The notes under the pieces: model-generated
Databases searched by the model: none
What the model saw: only the letters and a program-made list of their open reading frames with translations
What the model was told of the DNA's origin: nothing
Shown here: positions 29,301-37,800 of the stretch, piece by piece
Position numbering within the stretch: the first letter of the stretch is position 1
How the letters are laid out: each line of letters begins with the position of its first letter
From: Bacteroidales bacterium
GTDB taxonomy: Bacteria; Bacteroidota; Bacteroidia; Bacteroidales; F082
Direction of reading: 5' to 3'
DNA length: 64,000 nucleotides
NCBI GenBank assembly: GCA_028704385.1
Contig: JAQVLA010000001.1
Span: 174,794 to 238,793, forward strand
Made by a program: the position numbers and the translations under genes

Positions 29301-32300
29301 TGAAAGTGCCTTGTATGTTGAGTTTGATCAATATTATTATTATTCAAGTTATTATCCAACATTCTCAAAAGTATCTGTATTTGACGGTACTTCCTGGGTA
29401 GTTGTATTGGATCAAACTGCTACCTCAGGCACATGGTCAACACCTGCACATATTGTTATAGATGTTTCAGCTTATGCTAATGCTGATTTCCAGGTTCGCT
29501 TCGAATATTATGGCGACTGGTCGTTCTATTGGGGAGTTGATAATATTGGTATAACAAATGCCACTCCTCCAACCCGTTCATTCGAAACTTATAAAGTATT
29601 CCTTGATGGCACTTTGCTTGGTGAAGTAACTGAAACAGAATACCAACATGGTGGATTTGGTGAAATCCTCGTTGATGGTGAAACCTATACTACCGGTGTT
29701 GCTGCTGTATTCTCAACGGGTCAATCAGCTACTGCTGAATTTACCTGGTTGTATGTAGCCTGTGACAATTACGATGCTCCTACAGCTTTCACTGCTGAAC
29801 AGGTAATTGGAACACTCGATGTAGCTCTTAACTGGACTAACGTTGATGCTGCAGCCCTGGATACCATCTCAGCTTTGAGAATTTATCGCAATGGTGAAGA
29901 ATATGTTGAGCTTGATTTCACAGCCGGAGCGGTTGATACTTATCTGGACGAAGAACTCGAATTCGGAACTTATAACTATTGCCTTACCTACATCTATGAC
30001 AGCGGTGCCGAAACCTGTGTTGACGCAGTATGCTCAGAAGATGTTGTAATCACTGGTGGTGGTTATGTAAACGGTACCGTAACTGCTTTTGACGGTGGTG
30101 CCCCAATTGGTGGTGCTACAGTTACCATCTTTAACGATAACTTTAGCTTTGAGTTTACTACCAATGCAAGCGGTTATTATGAAGGTGAAGTTGTTGACGG
30201 AACTTACGATTATCTGGTAGGTGCCGAAAACTTTGAATCACAATTGTTAGAAGATGTAACAATCACCTTTGGTGAAACCGTTACCCAAAACTTCCAATTG
30301 CTTGAATTCCCCTTCCCGGTAAATAGCGTTGTTGCTGAGTACCAAGGTGAAAATGCTGTTAAAGTATATTGGAACTCACCTGGCACTTCAGGTGGTGGCG
30401 GAACCGTATTTGAAGATTTCGATGATGGAATGCCAAGTATGTTGGTTGTTGATGAGCCAGTTGCTAACTGGACTGTCGCCAACAGTTTCCTTAATCTGAG
30501 TTCTAGTGGAACAAGCGCATGGAGGTCAGCTTATTACAATGCAGAATATAGTGATGTATTGTTTGAGGTTGAAACACAACGTACAACTGGTGCTACAACA
30601 GGTGCTATGGGTATCTATGTTCGTGGTACCGGTGTTGTTGATCCAACTGTTGGTAATGGCGAAAGTGCTAACGTTTTCACTATCACCCAGAGTGGGTCAT
30701 GGTGGTATGCCACTTTGCTTAACGGTGACCTGATGGGCGACTGGACTGGCTGGATGACTTCATCCGCTATCAATACAAGTGGTCCAAACGTTATTACCGC
30801 CGTGGCTCAGGGTACTACCGTTCAGTTCTTCGTTAACAATACCCTTGTTTATACTGTTAACAATACCACACTTACCGAAGGTAAAGTAGGTATGTTTATC
30901 GCAGAAGGAACAGCTGCTGCTACAACAGTATGGGATTATATGATGATTGAACCGGGTGGCGTTGTAACTCGCGACTATGAAACTAACCATATTGCTATCG
31001 AAAGCAAAGGCTCATTAAGTGAATCTTACATCGCTTATGAAAATACCGTTGAACCCAAAGGAGTGAGCTATCATAAAAACACTGCCAGCTCACGCGAACT
31101 GGAAGGCTATAATGTTTATCGCATGCCTTGCTATGATGACGAAGACTTCACATTCCTGGGTTATACCCTTGATACTGTTTTCGTTGACAATCAGTTTGGT
31201 GGATTGGATGCTGGTGTTTACAAATGGGCTGTTGAGGCTGTTTACACCAATAACGAAGCAGAACCTCAGTTCTCCAACTGTCTCGACAAAGACATGATCA
31301 CAACTGTAAGTGTTACGGTAACTACTAACAGCGGCGACAGCCCTGAAGAAACCGATGTGATGTTCACCAATATTTCTGAACCAGATCTTGAATTGGTTTA
31401 CGAAGTAGAACTGGACGAAACTGGTTTCTACGCATGGGAAGAATTCCGCAAAGGTGTTTATGACATTTACGTTGAAAAGAATGGCTTTGCACCAATCGAA
31501 CTGATGGGCTATGTGATTGATGGTCCTGAAGCATTTGAATGGTTACTCGAAGAACTCTTGTTACCTGTTGCTGACCTATACGTAACACCTACTGGTTTTG
31601 CTACCTGGAGGTCAGGTGGAGAAATTCCTTTCGAACCTTTCATGGAAGGCTTCAACGATGGATTACCTGAAACATGGACGATTATTGATGGCGGAAGCAC
31701 TTCCGACACCTGGTATAATGTTACACCTGCTGGTAATCCACAATCTCCTGGTTCATCGCTTGATGGAACACCATTTATGTTTGCTGATTCTGATGGAGCC
31801 GGTTCAGGTTCTACAATGGATGAGCAGATGATATCACCTGTAATCAATGCAGAAAATGCTGACGAACTATATTTGATGTTTGATTATCTCTACATTAATC
31901 TGTCAACAAGTGAATATTTCTCAGTAGATGTATTTGATGGTGATGATTGGGTAGAAGTATTCTTCTCACAGACTGATTCAGGTTCATGGCCATGGGATGA
32001 TGCTACTACAGCTGAAATTGATGTGACCGAATATGCAAATGATATGTTCCAGGTACGTTTCAACTACTTCTCACCAGGCTGGAACTGGTACGTAGCTGTT
32101 GACAATGTTGTTGTTACTGACAATATGGATCGCTATGCTGATCGCGAATTGCAGTACTACAAAGTATGGTTGGACAATAACTTCATTGTTGATACAGAAA
32201 ATACTTTCTGGCAATATGATGTTACCAATTTGGTACCTGGTCAGGACTATCTGGCTGAAGTTGCTGCAGTTTATTCTAACGGTATCTCCGAAAGAATGCA

Positions 32301-34380
32301 ATACGTTTGGACTTATGTTCCTTGCGAAGATTACGCTGGCCCACAGGTTTATAACGGCGAAGTAATCAACGACAACGACGTACTGCTTACCTGGTCAGAT
32401 GTTGAACCACTCGAACTGATACAAATCACCCAGAATCCAGGTGCTCCAAGCAATGGTTATTTCCAACAGTTTGGTTATGGTTATGGTGTTGCTTACGACC
32501 TGAGTGCTTATCCGGATGCAATGGTTAACAGCCTTGATTTCCACCATGCTTCATGGGGTACTACCGGAACATGGGAATACAACATCCACATCTTCGATTG
32601 GGATACTAAAACCCTGATCGAAACTGTTGGACCACTCACAACCACAGGAAACGACCTCTGGGAAATGGGTGTTGAACTGGGAGATATTGCCACCGGTGGT
32701 GTAAGTACTGTTGCTTTGTTAATGGAACCACTCGGTAACATAGCTTCGGATGCTTATCCATGTATTTCATCTGATGATGCTGCTAACCCACAGGGTTCAG
32801 TTTATGGAAGCCTTTCAAATCCATCTGCAATCGGATCTTCTACAATTGGTAACTTCCTGATGGATATGTACATCTATACTGCTTATGGCCCGGTAAGAGC
32901 TACTCCTGTTAATTTTGACCTTGTTGAAGCTCCTGTTGCCCAAGCCAGAGTTGCTGTAAATAATGTACCTGAACTTCCGGTGATTACACAAAATGCTGTT
33001 AGCAGCCGTGATGTTGATCCATTCATTGGTGCAAACATTTACCGCAATGGTGTTCTTATCGCTGAACTTGTACAAGATACCTTCTATCTTGACCAAAACG
33101 TAAATGGTGGTGAATTTACCTACTGCCTGCGTTATGTTTATGAAAGTGGTGCGATGACTTGCGAAGACGCATATTGTCTTGACCTTTCAGTTCCTTGTGA
33201 AGCTCCTGTCAATTTGGCTGGTGAATATCTCTGGCAATATAATGAAGGAAATCCAGAATTTGGATCATTAATCACCTGGGAATCTGCAACACCTCCTGTT
33301 GCCGAATGGTTATACTATGATGATGGTGTAAACGTTGACGGTATCGGTGGTCCTGCTTCTTTCTCATGGGCAATCAAATTCGACCCTGCTCAACTGGAAG
33401 ATTATGCTGGTGCTTCACTGACCAAGATCAGCATTTACAACAGAACCGGAGCAACCGATGAGCTGCGTATCTACGAAGGTACCAATGCCGCTACATTGCT
33501 GCATACCCAGCCATTGAGTGGTTTAGGTATCGAAACATGGGAAGAAGTTGATCTTACTAGTCCTGTTCTCATTGATGTTACTAAACAACTCTGGATCACA
33601 GTTTACACCACTGATGGTGTGAATTATCCTGCTGGTTGTGGTAATGCTCAGGGTCAACCTAATGGTGACTTGATCACGCTTGATGGCGTTCTTTGGGAAC
33701 ACTTAACAGATTATGCGCTTCCTTATACATGGAACCTCCGTGGTTATGTTACTACCGCAGTTGGCGCTACTGTTGCCTTGCCAATGGATAAACCGAATGA
33801 TGTTTACAACAATGATGTTCGTGCAGAATTGACTGTATCCGGAACCGGTGCCGGCGAGAATGCTGTTTTGGAAACTACTGCTAGCCGCGAATTATTTGTT
33901 TACAACGTTTATCGCAGCGAAGATGGTGACGACTATGAGTGGATTGCTGCTGTGCCATTTGATGCAGCAACCTCAACATATGAATACTATGATACAGATG
34001 TTGATGCTCAGGTAGGTTACTACTATCAGGTAACTGCATTACATACTTATGATGACGATACTGAGTGTGAATCAGCACCAGCAATGGCACTTGATAATCC
34101 AGAGGACGACTTTGTTTATGTATTTGTAACCAATGTTGATGAACTGGGTGCTGCTGAAGCCCGCATGTTCCCGAACCCGGCTACAAACAACGTAACCATC
34201 GAAGCTGCCGGTATGAATCGTATCACGGTTATCAATGCAGTGGGTCAGGTAGTTTACGATTCAGAGATCAGCAACGTAAGAACTCAGTTCAACGTTGCAT
34301 CTTACGAAGCAGGTGTTTATGTAGTACGCATCAATACTGAAAGTGGTGTTGTAACTAAACGTCTGACTATCGTACGCTAG
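26323..34380 (+). CDS. Giant T9SS-secreted multidomain surface protein, paralog A (2685 aa from ATG 26323)
   Basis: Signal peptide MNRKTTFLRWLGSFMVGVFLLSGIGLNAYAQQ (the track ORF begins 47 codons earlier). The body contains repeated Fn3-like, CarboxypepD_reg-like (GTLNGNVSDLNTGDDIAGATVSM...TTDANGNYTADVFAGTYDIRVTADGY), MAM/choice-of-anchor-J-like, Ig/ASH-like and PPC-like modules, plus a LamG-like insert. The C-terminal T9SS type-A sorting domain is MFPNPATNNVTIEAAGMNRITVINAVGQVVYD...GVYVVRINTESGVVTKRLTIVR. Confidence 0.85.
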   Translation: MNRKTTFLRWLGSFMVGVFLLSGIGLNAYAQQASRRAPVDPSTLVGMPAERQNAGTFTPSNREAQNIDITVDVDNWFDEAEWNIWSYDQGAYYYPSWQLFSSSFEVVNVIVGLEPGDYSIDVWDDFGDGGIGGIVKQGLVTLVSWDNYDYTDFAWFDFTVFEPAPRVDVTPLVLDLGDRPINSWTEPAYFTVQNTGVGPVTINNAEIAADAFFGVAAPSFPITLEEGETVEIGITATGNAAPGLLEGDFVVQWGAGREVTVTEFMANAYEPIVADVVETAIELPVNTMAPASLPIADSREFGGIYKNYILPNDVGSGPNDNDYVYLLLPATDMLFDVYVTSGSANFAIYAADFSGEDGPMATNALVQAVDAIDDFELFAGTYYLVGSSLDVWGGSFNVDAMPDPEAAINIAPADGAVDIINGTDLEWAFGANTLEYQVILGTTYPPATVVVDWTDELATSYTLSNLEPNLQYFWQVNVRNNGATTTGEVWGFTTTLTPPSDLTGNAEVYEGEDVVLTWESPVDRAFLGYNVFKDGIQQNVSMLTEATYTDVAPAYNMTPGYEYTVTAIYDEGESDHSAPFTAQVTGEGTLNGNVSDLNTGDDIAGATVSMIGVDEFGEDQSYSTTTDANGNYTADVFAGTYDIRVTADGYLPAEVTGVALAYGATETTDFVLNETPYPVAVVTASEFGENILIEWSFDLVNFVPQVYPFDSESMNEAQIQKMWKGFLAENNFDATAQGSDRALVEFQVWREKAYLPGTIELVGTTSQFQFVDFDWDVQDWGVYKWYVVAVYDLNESDPVGSNTVDKDMNTVVDVTVALNSADSPAGTLVEFTNVDESPELIYSALLPASGEYEWSEFRKGTYDILVSLPGYGVVNETGVDIFDETSFEWLLEELLATPADLYVTPTGFATWTGGSGEVPFVPVVVDFNDGIPADWTVEDGELANASGGSWQVVPSTSGRYMMGDDYVIADSDAAGSGSITHTILTSAVYPAEGESALYVEFDQYYYYSSYYPTFSKVSVFDGTSWVVVLDQTATSGTWSTPAHIVIDVSAYANADFQVRFEYYGDWSFYWGVDNIGITNATPPTRSFETYKVFLDGTLLGEVTETEYQHGGFGEILVDGETYTTGVAAVFSTGQSATAEFTWLYVACDNYDAPTAFTAEQVIGTLDVALNWTNVDAAALDTISALRIYRNGEEYVELDFTAGAVDTYLDEELEFGTYNYCLTYIYDSGAETCVDAVCSEDVVITGGGYVNGTVTAFDGGAPIGGATVTIFNDNFSFEFTTNASGYYEGEVVDGTYDYLVGAENFESQLLEDVTITFGETVTQNFQLLEFPFPVNSVVAEYQGENAVKVYWNSPGTSGGGGTVFEDFDDGMPSMLVVDEPVANWTVANSFLNLSSSGTSAWRSAYYNAEYSDVLFEVETQRTTGATTGAMGIYVRGTGVVDPTVGNGESANVFTITQSGSWWYATLLNGDLMGDWTGWMTSSAINTSGPNVITAVAQGTTVQFFVNNTLVYTVNNTTLTEGKVGMFIAEGTAAATTVWDYMMIEPGGVVTRDYETNHIAIESKGSLSESYIAYENTVEPKGVSYHKNTASSRELEGYNVYRMPCYDDEDFTFLGYTLDTVFVDNQFGGLDAGVYKWAVEAVYTNNEAEPQFSNCLDKDMITTVSVTVTTNSGDSPEETDVMFTNISEPDLELVYEVELDETGFYAWEEFRKGVYDIYVEKNGFAPIELMGYVIDGPEAFEWLLEELLLPVADLYVTPTGFATWRSGGEIPFEPFMEGFNDGLPETWTIIDGGSTSDTWYNVTPAGNPQSPGSSLDGTPFMFADSDGAGSGSTMDEQMISPVINAENADELYLMFDYLYINLSTSEYFSVDVFDGDDWVEVFFSQTDSGSWPWDDATTAEIDVTEYANDMFQVRFNYFSPGWNWYVAVDNVVVTDNMDRYADRELQYYKVWLDNNFIVDTENTFWQYDVTNLVPGQDYLAEVAAVYSNGISERMQYVWTYVPCEDYAGPQVYNGEVINDNDVLLTWSDVEPLELIQITQNPGAPSNGYFQQFGYGYGVAYDLSAYPDAMVNSLDFHHASWGTTGTWEYNIHIFDWDTKTLIETVGPLTTTGNDLWEMGVELGDIATGGVSTVALLMEPLGNIASDAYPCISSDDAANPQGSVYGSLSNPSAIGSSTIGNFLMDMYIYTAYGPVRATPVNFDLVEAPVAQARVAVNNVPELPVITQNAVSSRDVDPFIGANIYRNGVLIAELVQDTFYLDQNVNGGEFTYCLRYVYESGAMTCEDAYCLDLSVPCEAPVNLAGEYLWQYNEGNPEFGSLITWESATPPVAEWLYYDDGVNVDGIGGPASFSWAIKFDPAQLEDYAGASLTKISIYNRTGATDELRIYEGTNAATLLHTQPLSGLGIETWEEVDLTSPVLIDVTKQLWITVYTTDGVNYPAGCGNAQGQPNGDLITLDGVLWEHLTDYALPYTWNLRGYVTTAVGATVALPMDKPNDVYNNDVRAELTVSGTGAGENAVLETTASRELFVYNVYRSEDGDDYEWIAAVPFDAATSTYEYYDTDVDAQVGYYYQVTALHTYDDDTECESAPAMALDNPEDDFVYVFVTNVDELGAAEARMFPNPATNNVTIEAAGMNRITVINAVGQVVYDSEISNVRTQFNVASYEAGVYVVRINTESGVVTKRLTIVR
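29564..30100 (+). repeat. High-identity block shared with giant gene B (37704-38240, constant offset 8140)
   Basis: Hand count gives 3 mismatches in 170 nt for 29731-29900 vs 37871-38040. Identity is about 89-95% in the flanks and drops to about 65-70% after about 30100. Confidence 0.85.
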
Positions 34381-34418
34381 TCTGATGAAATCGAAATTTT
34401 GATTTCGACATATACAAG

Positions 34419-34447
34419 CCGGATCCCAACAGGGATCCGGTTTTTTT
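34419..34447 (+). terminator. Intrinsic terminator after giant gene A
   Basis: CCGGATCCC-AACA-GGGATCCGG followed by TTTTTTT. An AT-rich hairpin TCGAAAT-TTTG-ATTTCGA (34391-34408) precedes it. Confidence 0.8.
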
Positions 34448-34558
34448 ATTAATAATTTTGACATTTTTCTGAATGTCCTAAACATCTAAAGGTCTGATGT
34501 TTTGGTCATGAAATAAGAATAAATTTCTATAAAACCCTTGTATTTATTAGGCTTTTAT

Positions 34559-34595
34559 TAATTTTGCAGTAGGGGAACTTTCATTTGAGTTTGTC
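34559..34595 (+). promoter_or_regulatory. Conserved element TAATTTTG-N3-TAGGGGAA-N11-GTTTGTC upstream of giant gene B
   Basis: TAATTTTG is at 34559-34566, TAGGGG at 34570-34575 (contains GGAAC at 34573-34577) and TTGTC at 34591-34595. It aligns with 20378-20414. Confidence 0.5.
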
Positions 34596-34837
34596 TTAAC
34601 CACAACCAAGGGACAGAATAACTCCAATTTTAACTTAAACAACAGTAAAAAAAACTGCTGCTTGAAGTTTATATGTATAAATTTCAAGATAGTTTACTAA
34701 ACCTGTTTAATTAAATAATGGAGTATAATAGTTTTTATCCTTTTCATTTACGAAGAATCTCTGACCATTACGTCGCAGCTGCTTGCCATTGCTGTGCGAA
34801 TGTTTTTTTTTATTTGATCAATTATTTATTCACTAAT

Positions 34838-34882
34838 TCAATTTTAACCATGAACAGAAAAACTACTTTTCTGCGATGGCTT
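34838..34882 (+). repeat. 45-nt block identical to 26311-26355
   Basis: See the feature at 26311-26355. Confidence 0.9.
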
Positions 34883-37800
34883 TTGATTGTATTTGCAGGA
34901 TTGCTGTTTATCGGCAATAGTGCATTTGCACAAAAGCTTTTGATCTCTCCCGATCCGATCGACCTTGGTGACAGACCAATCGGTGCCTGGATGGAGCCTC
35001 TAACAGTAACATTGGAGAACACTACTGTTTCTTCAATTGTTATTAATAATGTTGAAACAGACAATCCTGATTATTTCGGATTGGATCTTCCAACTTTTCC
35101 TGTAACAATTGCAGCTGGTGAAACAGTTGAAATTGGTGTTTCATTGCAGGGTACTCCTGCTGTTGGCAATGTTGCCGGACAGTTGGTAATTCAGTTTGCT
35201 GATGCAACGCGCGATGTAGAAGTTGCGCCTATTACAGCAAATGCTTATACACCGCTTCTTGGCGATGTTGTTGAAAATCCATTTGAGTTGACATTAACAC
35301 CAACTGCGCCTGTAAGTTTACAAGCTCCTTCTTCACGTGAATTTGGTGGTTATTATAAAAATTATGTCTTGTCAAATGATGTTGGATCTGGTCCAAATGA
35401 TCATGACTATATCTATTTGCTTCAGCCAGCAACAGATATGCTTATTGATCTCAATATTGCTTCAGGTTCAGCTAACTTCGCCTTTTATGCTGCTGATTTT
35501 GGAGGCGAAGCAGGCCCTATGGCTTCTAATGCATTAGTTCAAGCTATCGATGTTATCAATGATTTTGAGCTTTTTGCTGGAATGACTTATTATCTGGTTG
35601 GCAGCTCACTTGATTTATGGACTGTCGCAGTTAATTTAACCGCCATGCCCGCTCCTCAAGCTGTTACCAATGTTGCTCCACTTGATGGTGCTGTTGATAT
35701 TATAAACGGTACTGATCTGGAGTGGGCTTTTGGTGCTAATACCCTGGAATATCAACTTATTTTGGGTACTACCTATCCTCCGGCAACTGTTGTAGTTGAC
35801 TGGACGGATGAGTTGGCTACTACCTATGAGCTAAGTAACCTTGAGCCTAATCTCCAGTATTTCTGGCAGGTAAATGTTCGTAATAATACGGCAACTACAA
35901 CTGGTGACATTTGGGGATTCACTACTACTTTAACTCCTCCAAGTGGTCTTACAGGTAATGCTGAAGTTTACGAAGGTGAAGACGTTGTTTTAACCTGGGA
36001 AAGTCCTGTTGACCGTGCCTTCCTCGGATATAATATCTTCCGCGATGGTGTACAGCAAAATGCTGTGATGCTTACTGAAGCCACTTATACAGATGTTGAA
36101 CCTGCCTACAATATGGTTGGTTACGACTATACTGTAACAGCCATTTTCGACGAAGGTGAATCAGCTCATTCTGATCCTTTCACTGTTCAGGTAACAGGAG
36201 AAGGTACTTTGGATGGTAATGTTTCTGACCTTAACACAGGTGATGATATTGCCGGAGCTACTGTTACTATGACTGGTGTTGACGAATTTGGTGAAGATCA
36301 GGAATATACAACAACTACTGATGCAACTGGTAACTACACAGCTGATGTATTTGCCGGAACTTATGATATTACTGTGGCAGCTGACGGTTACATTGGAGCA
36401 GAAGTTACTGGTGTTGCTGTTGCCTATGGTGCTATAGAAACTACTGACTTTACGATGTTTGAAACCGCGTATCCTGTTGCAGTTGTAACTGCCAGCGAAT
36501 TTGGTGAAAATATTCTGATTGAGTGGAGCTTTGATGCTGTAAACTTCGTTCCTCAGGTTTATCCTTTCGAATCAGAAGGCATGAGCGAAGCTCAAATCCA
36601 GAAAGCATGGAATGGTTTCCTTGCTGAAAATAATTTTGATGCTACTGCACAGGGAAGCGATCGCGCACTGGTTGAATTCCAGGTATGGCGTGAAAAAGCT
36701 TACCTGCCAGGAACTATCGAAATGATCGGAACCACTTCACAACTCCAATTTGTTGACTTCGACTGGAGTGTTCAGGATTGGGGTGTGTATAAATGGTATG
36801 TAGTTGCAGTTTATGACCTGAACGAATCAGATCCTGTTGGCTCCAATCCAATGGATAAAGACATGAACACTGTTGTTGATGTCACTGTTGCCCTCAATTC
36901 AGCTGACAGCCCTGCCGGTACACTCGTTGAGTTTACCAATGTGGACGAATCTCCTGAGTTGGTTTATTCAGTATTGCTGCCTGCAAGTGGAGTAAATACC
37001 TGGAACGAATTCCGCAAAGGCACTTACGACATCCTTGTAAGTTATCCTGGATATGCTGCAGTAAACGAAACCGGTGTTGATATTTTCGACGAAACCTCAT
37101 TTGAATGGTTGCTCGAAGAATTACTCGCAACACCTGCTGATCTTTATGTAACACCAACAGGTTTTGCTACCTGGGCAGGTGGAAGTGGTGATGTGCCTTT
37201 TGCTCCTGTTATGGTTGATTTCAACGATGGAATGCCGGCTGACTGGACTGTTGAAGCAGGCCCTAATTCAGATGTTGCTGATAACTGGCAATGGTTAGAA
37301 TATTATGATAGCTGGTTAGGTGAAGAAACACTTGACGGTACACCATTTGTAATGATAGATTCAGATGGTGCTGGTAGTGGTGTTAATGTGGATGGCATGT
37401 TAGTTACTCCTGTAATGGATGCTTCTGGTGCGGATATGTTATATGTTGAGTTTGACCAATTTTACAATCACGGATCAGGTTCATGGGCTTCGTTGTTTGG
37501 AAATGTTGATGTCTATGACGGAACAGCTTGGGTGAATGTACTCAACCAAACCGCTGAAATAGGTGACTTTAGTGCTCCTGACCATAAGGTGCTTGATGTT
37601 ACCTCTTATGCTAATGCTGACTTCCAGGTGAGATTCCATTATGATGATGGGGGTAATTGGGCTTACTATTGGGCTTTGGATAATATTAGCATCACCAATG
37701 TTGCTCCTCCAACCCGTTCATTCGAAGCTTACAAGGTATTCCTTGATGGCACTTTGCTTGGCGAAGTTTCTGAAGAAGAATACCAGCATGGTGGCTTTGG

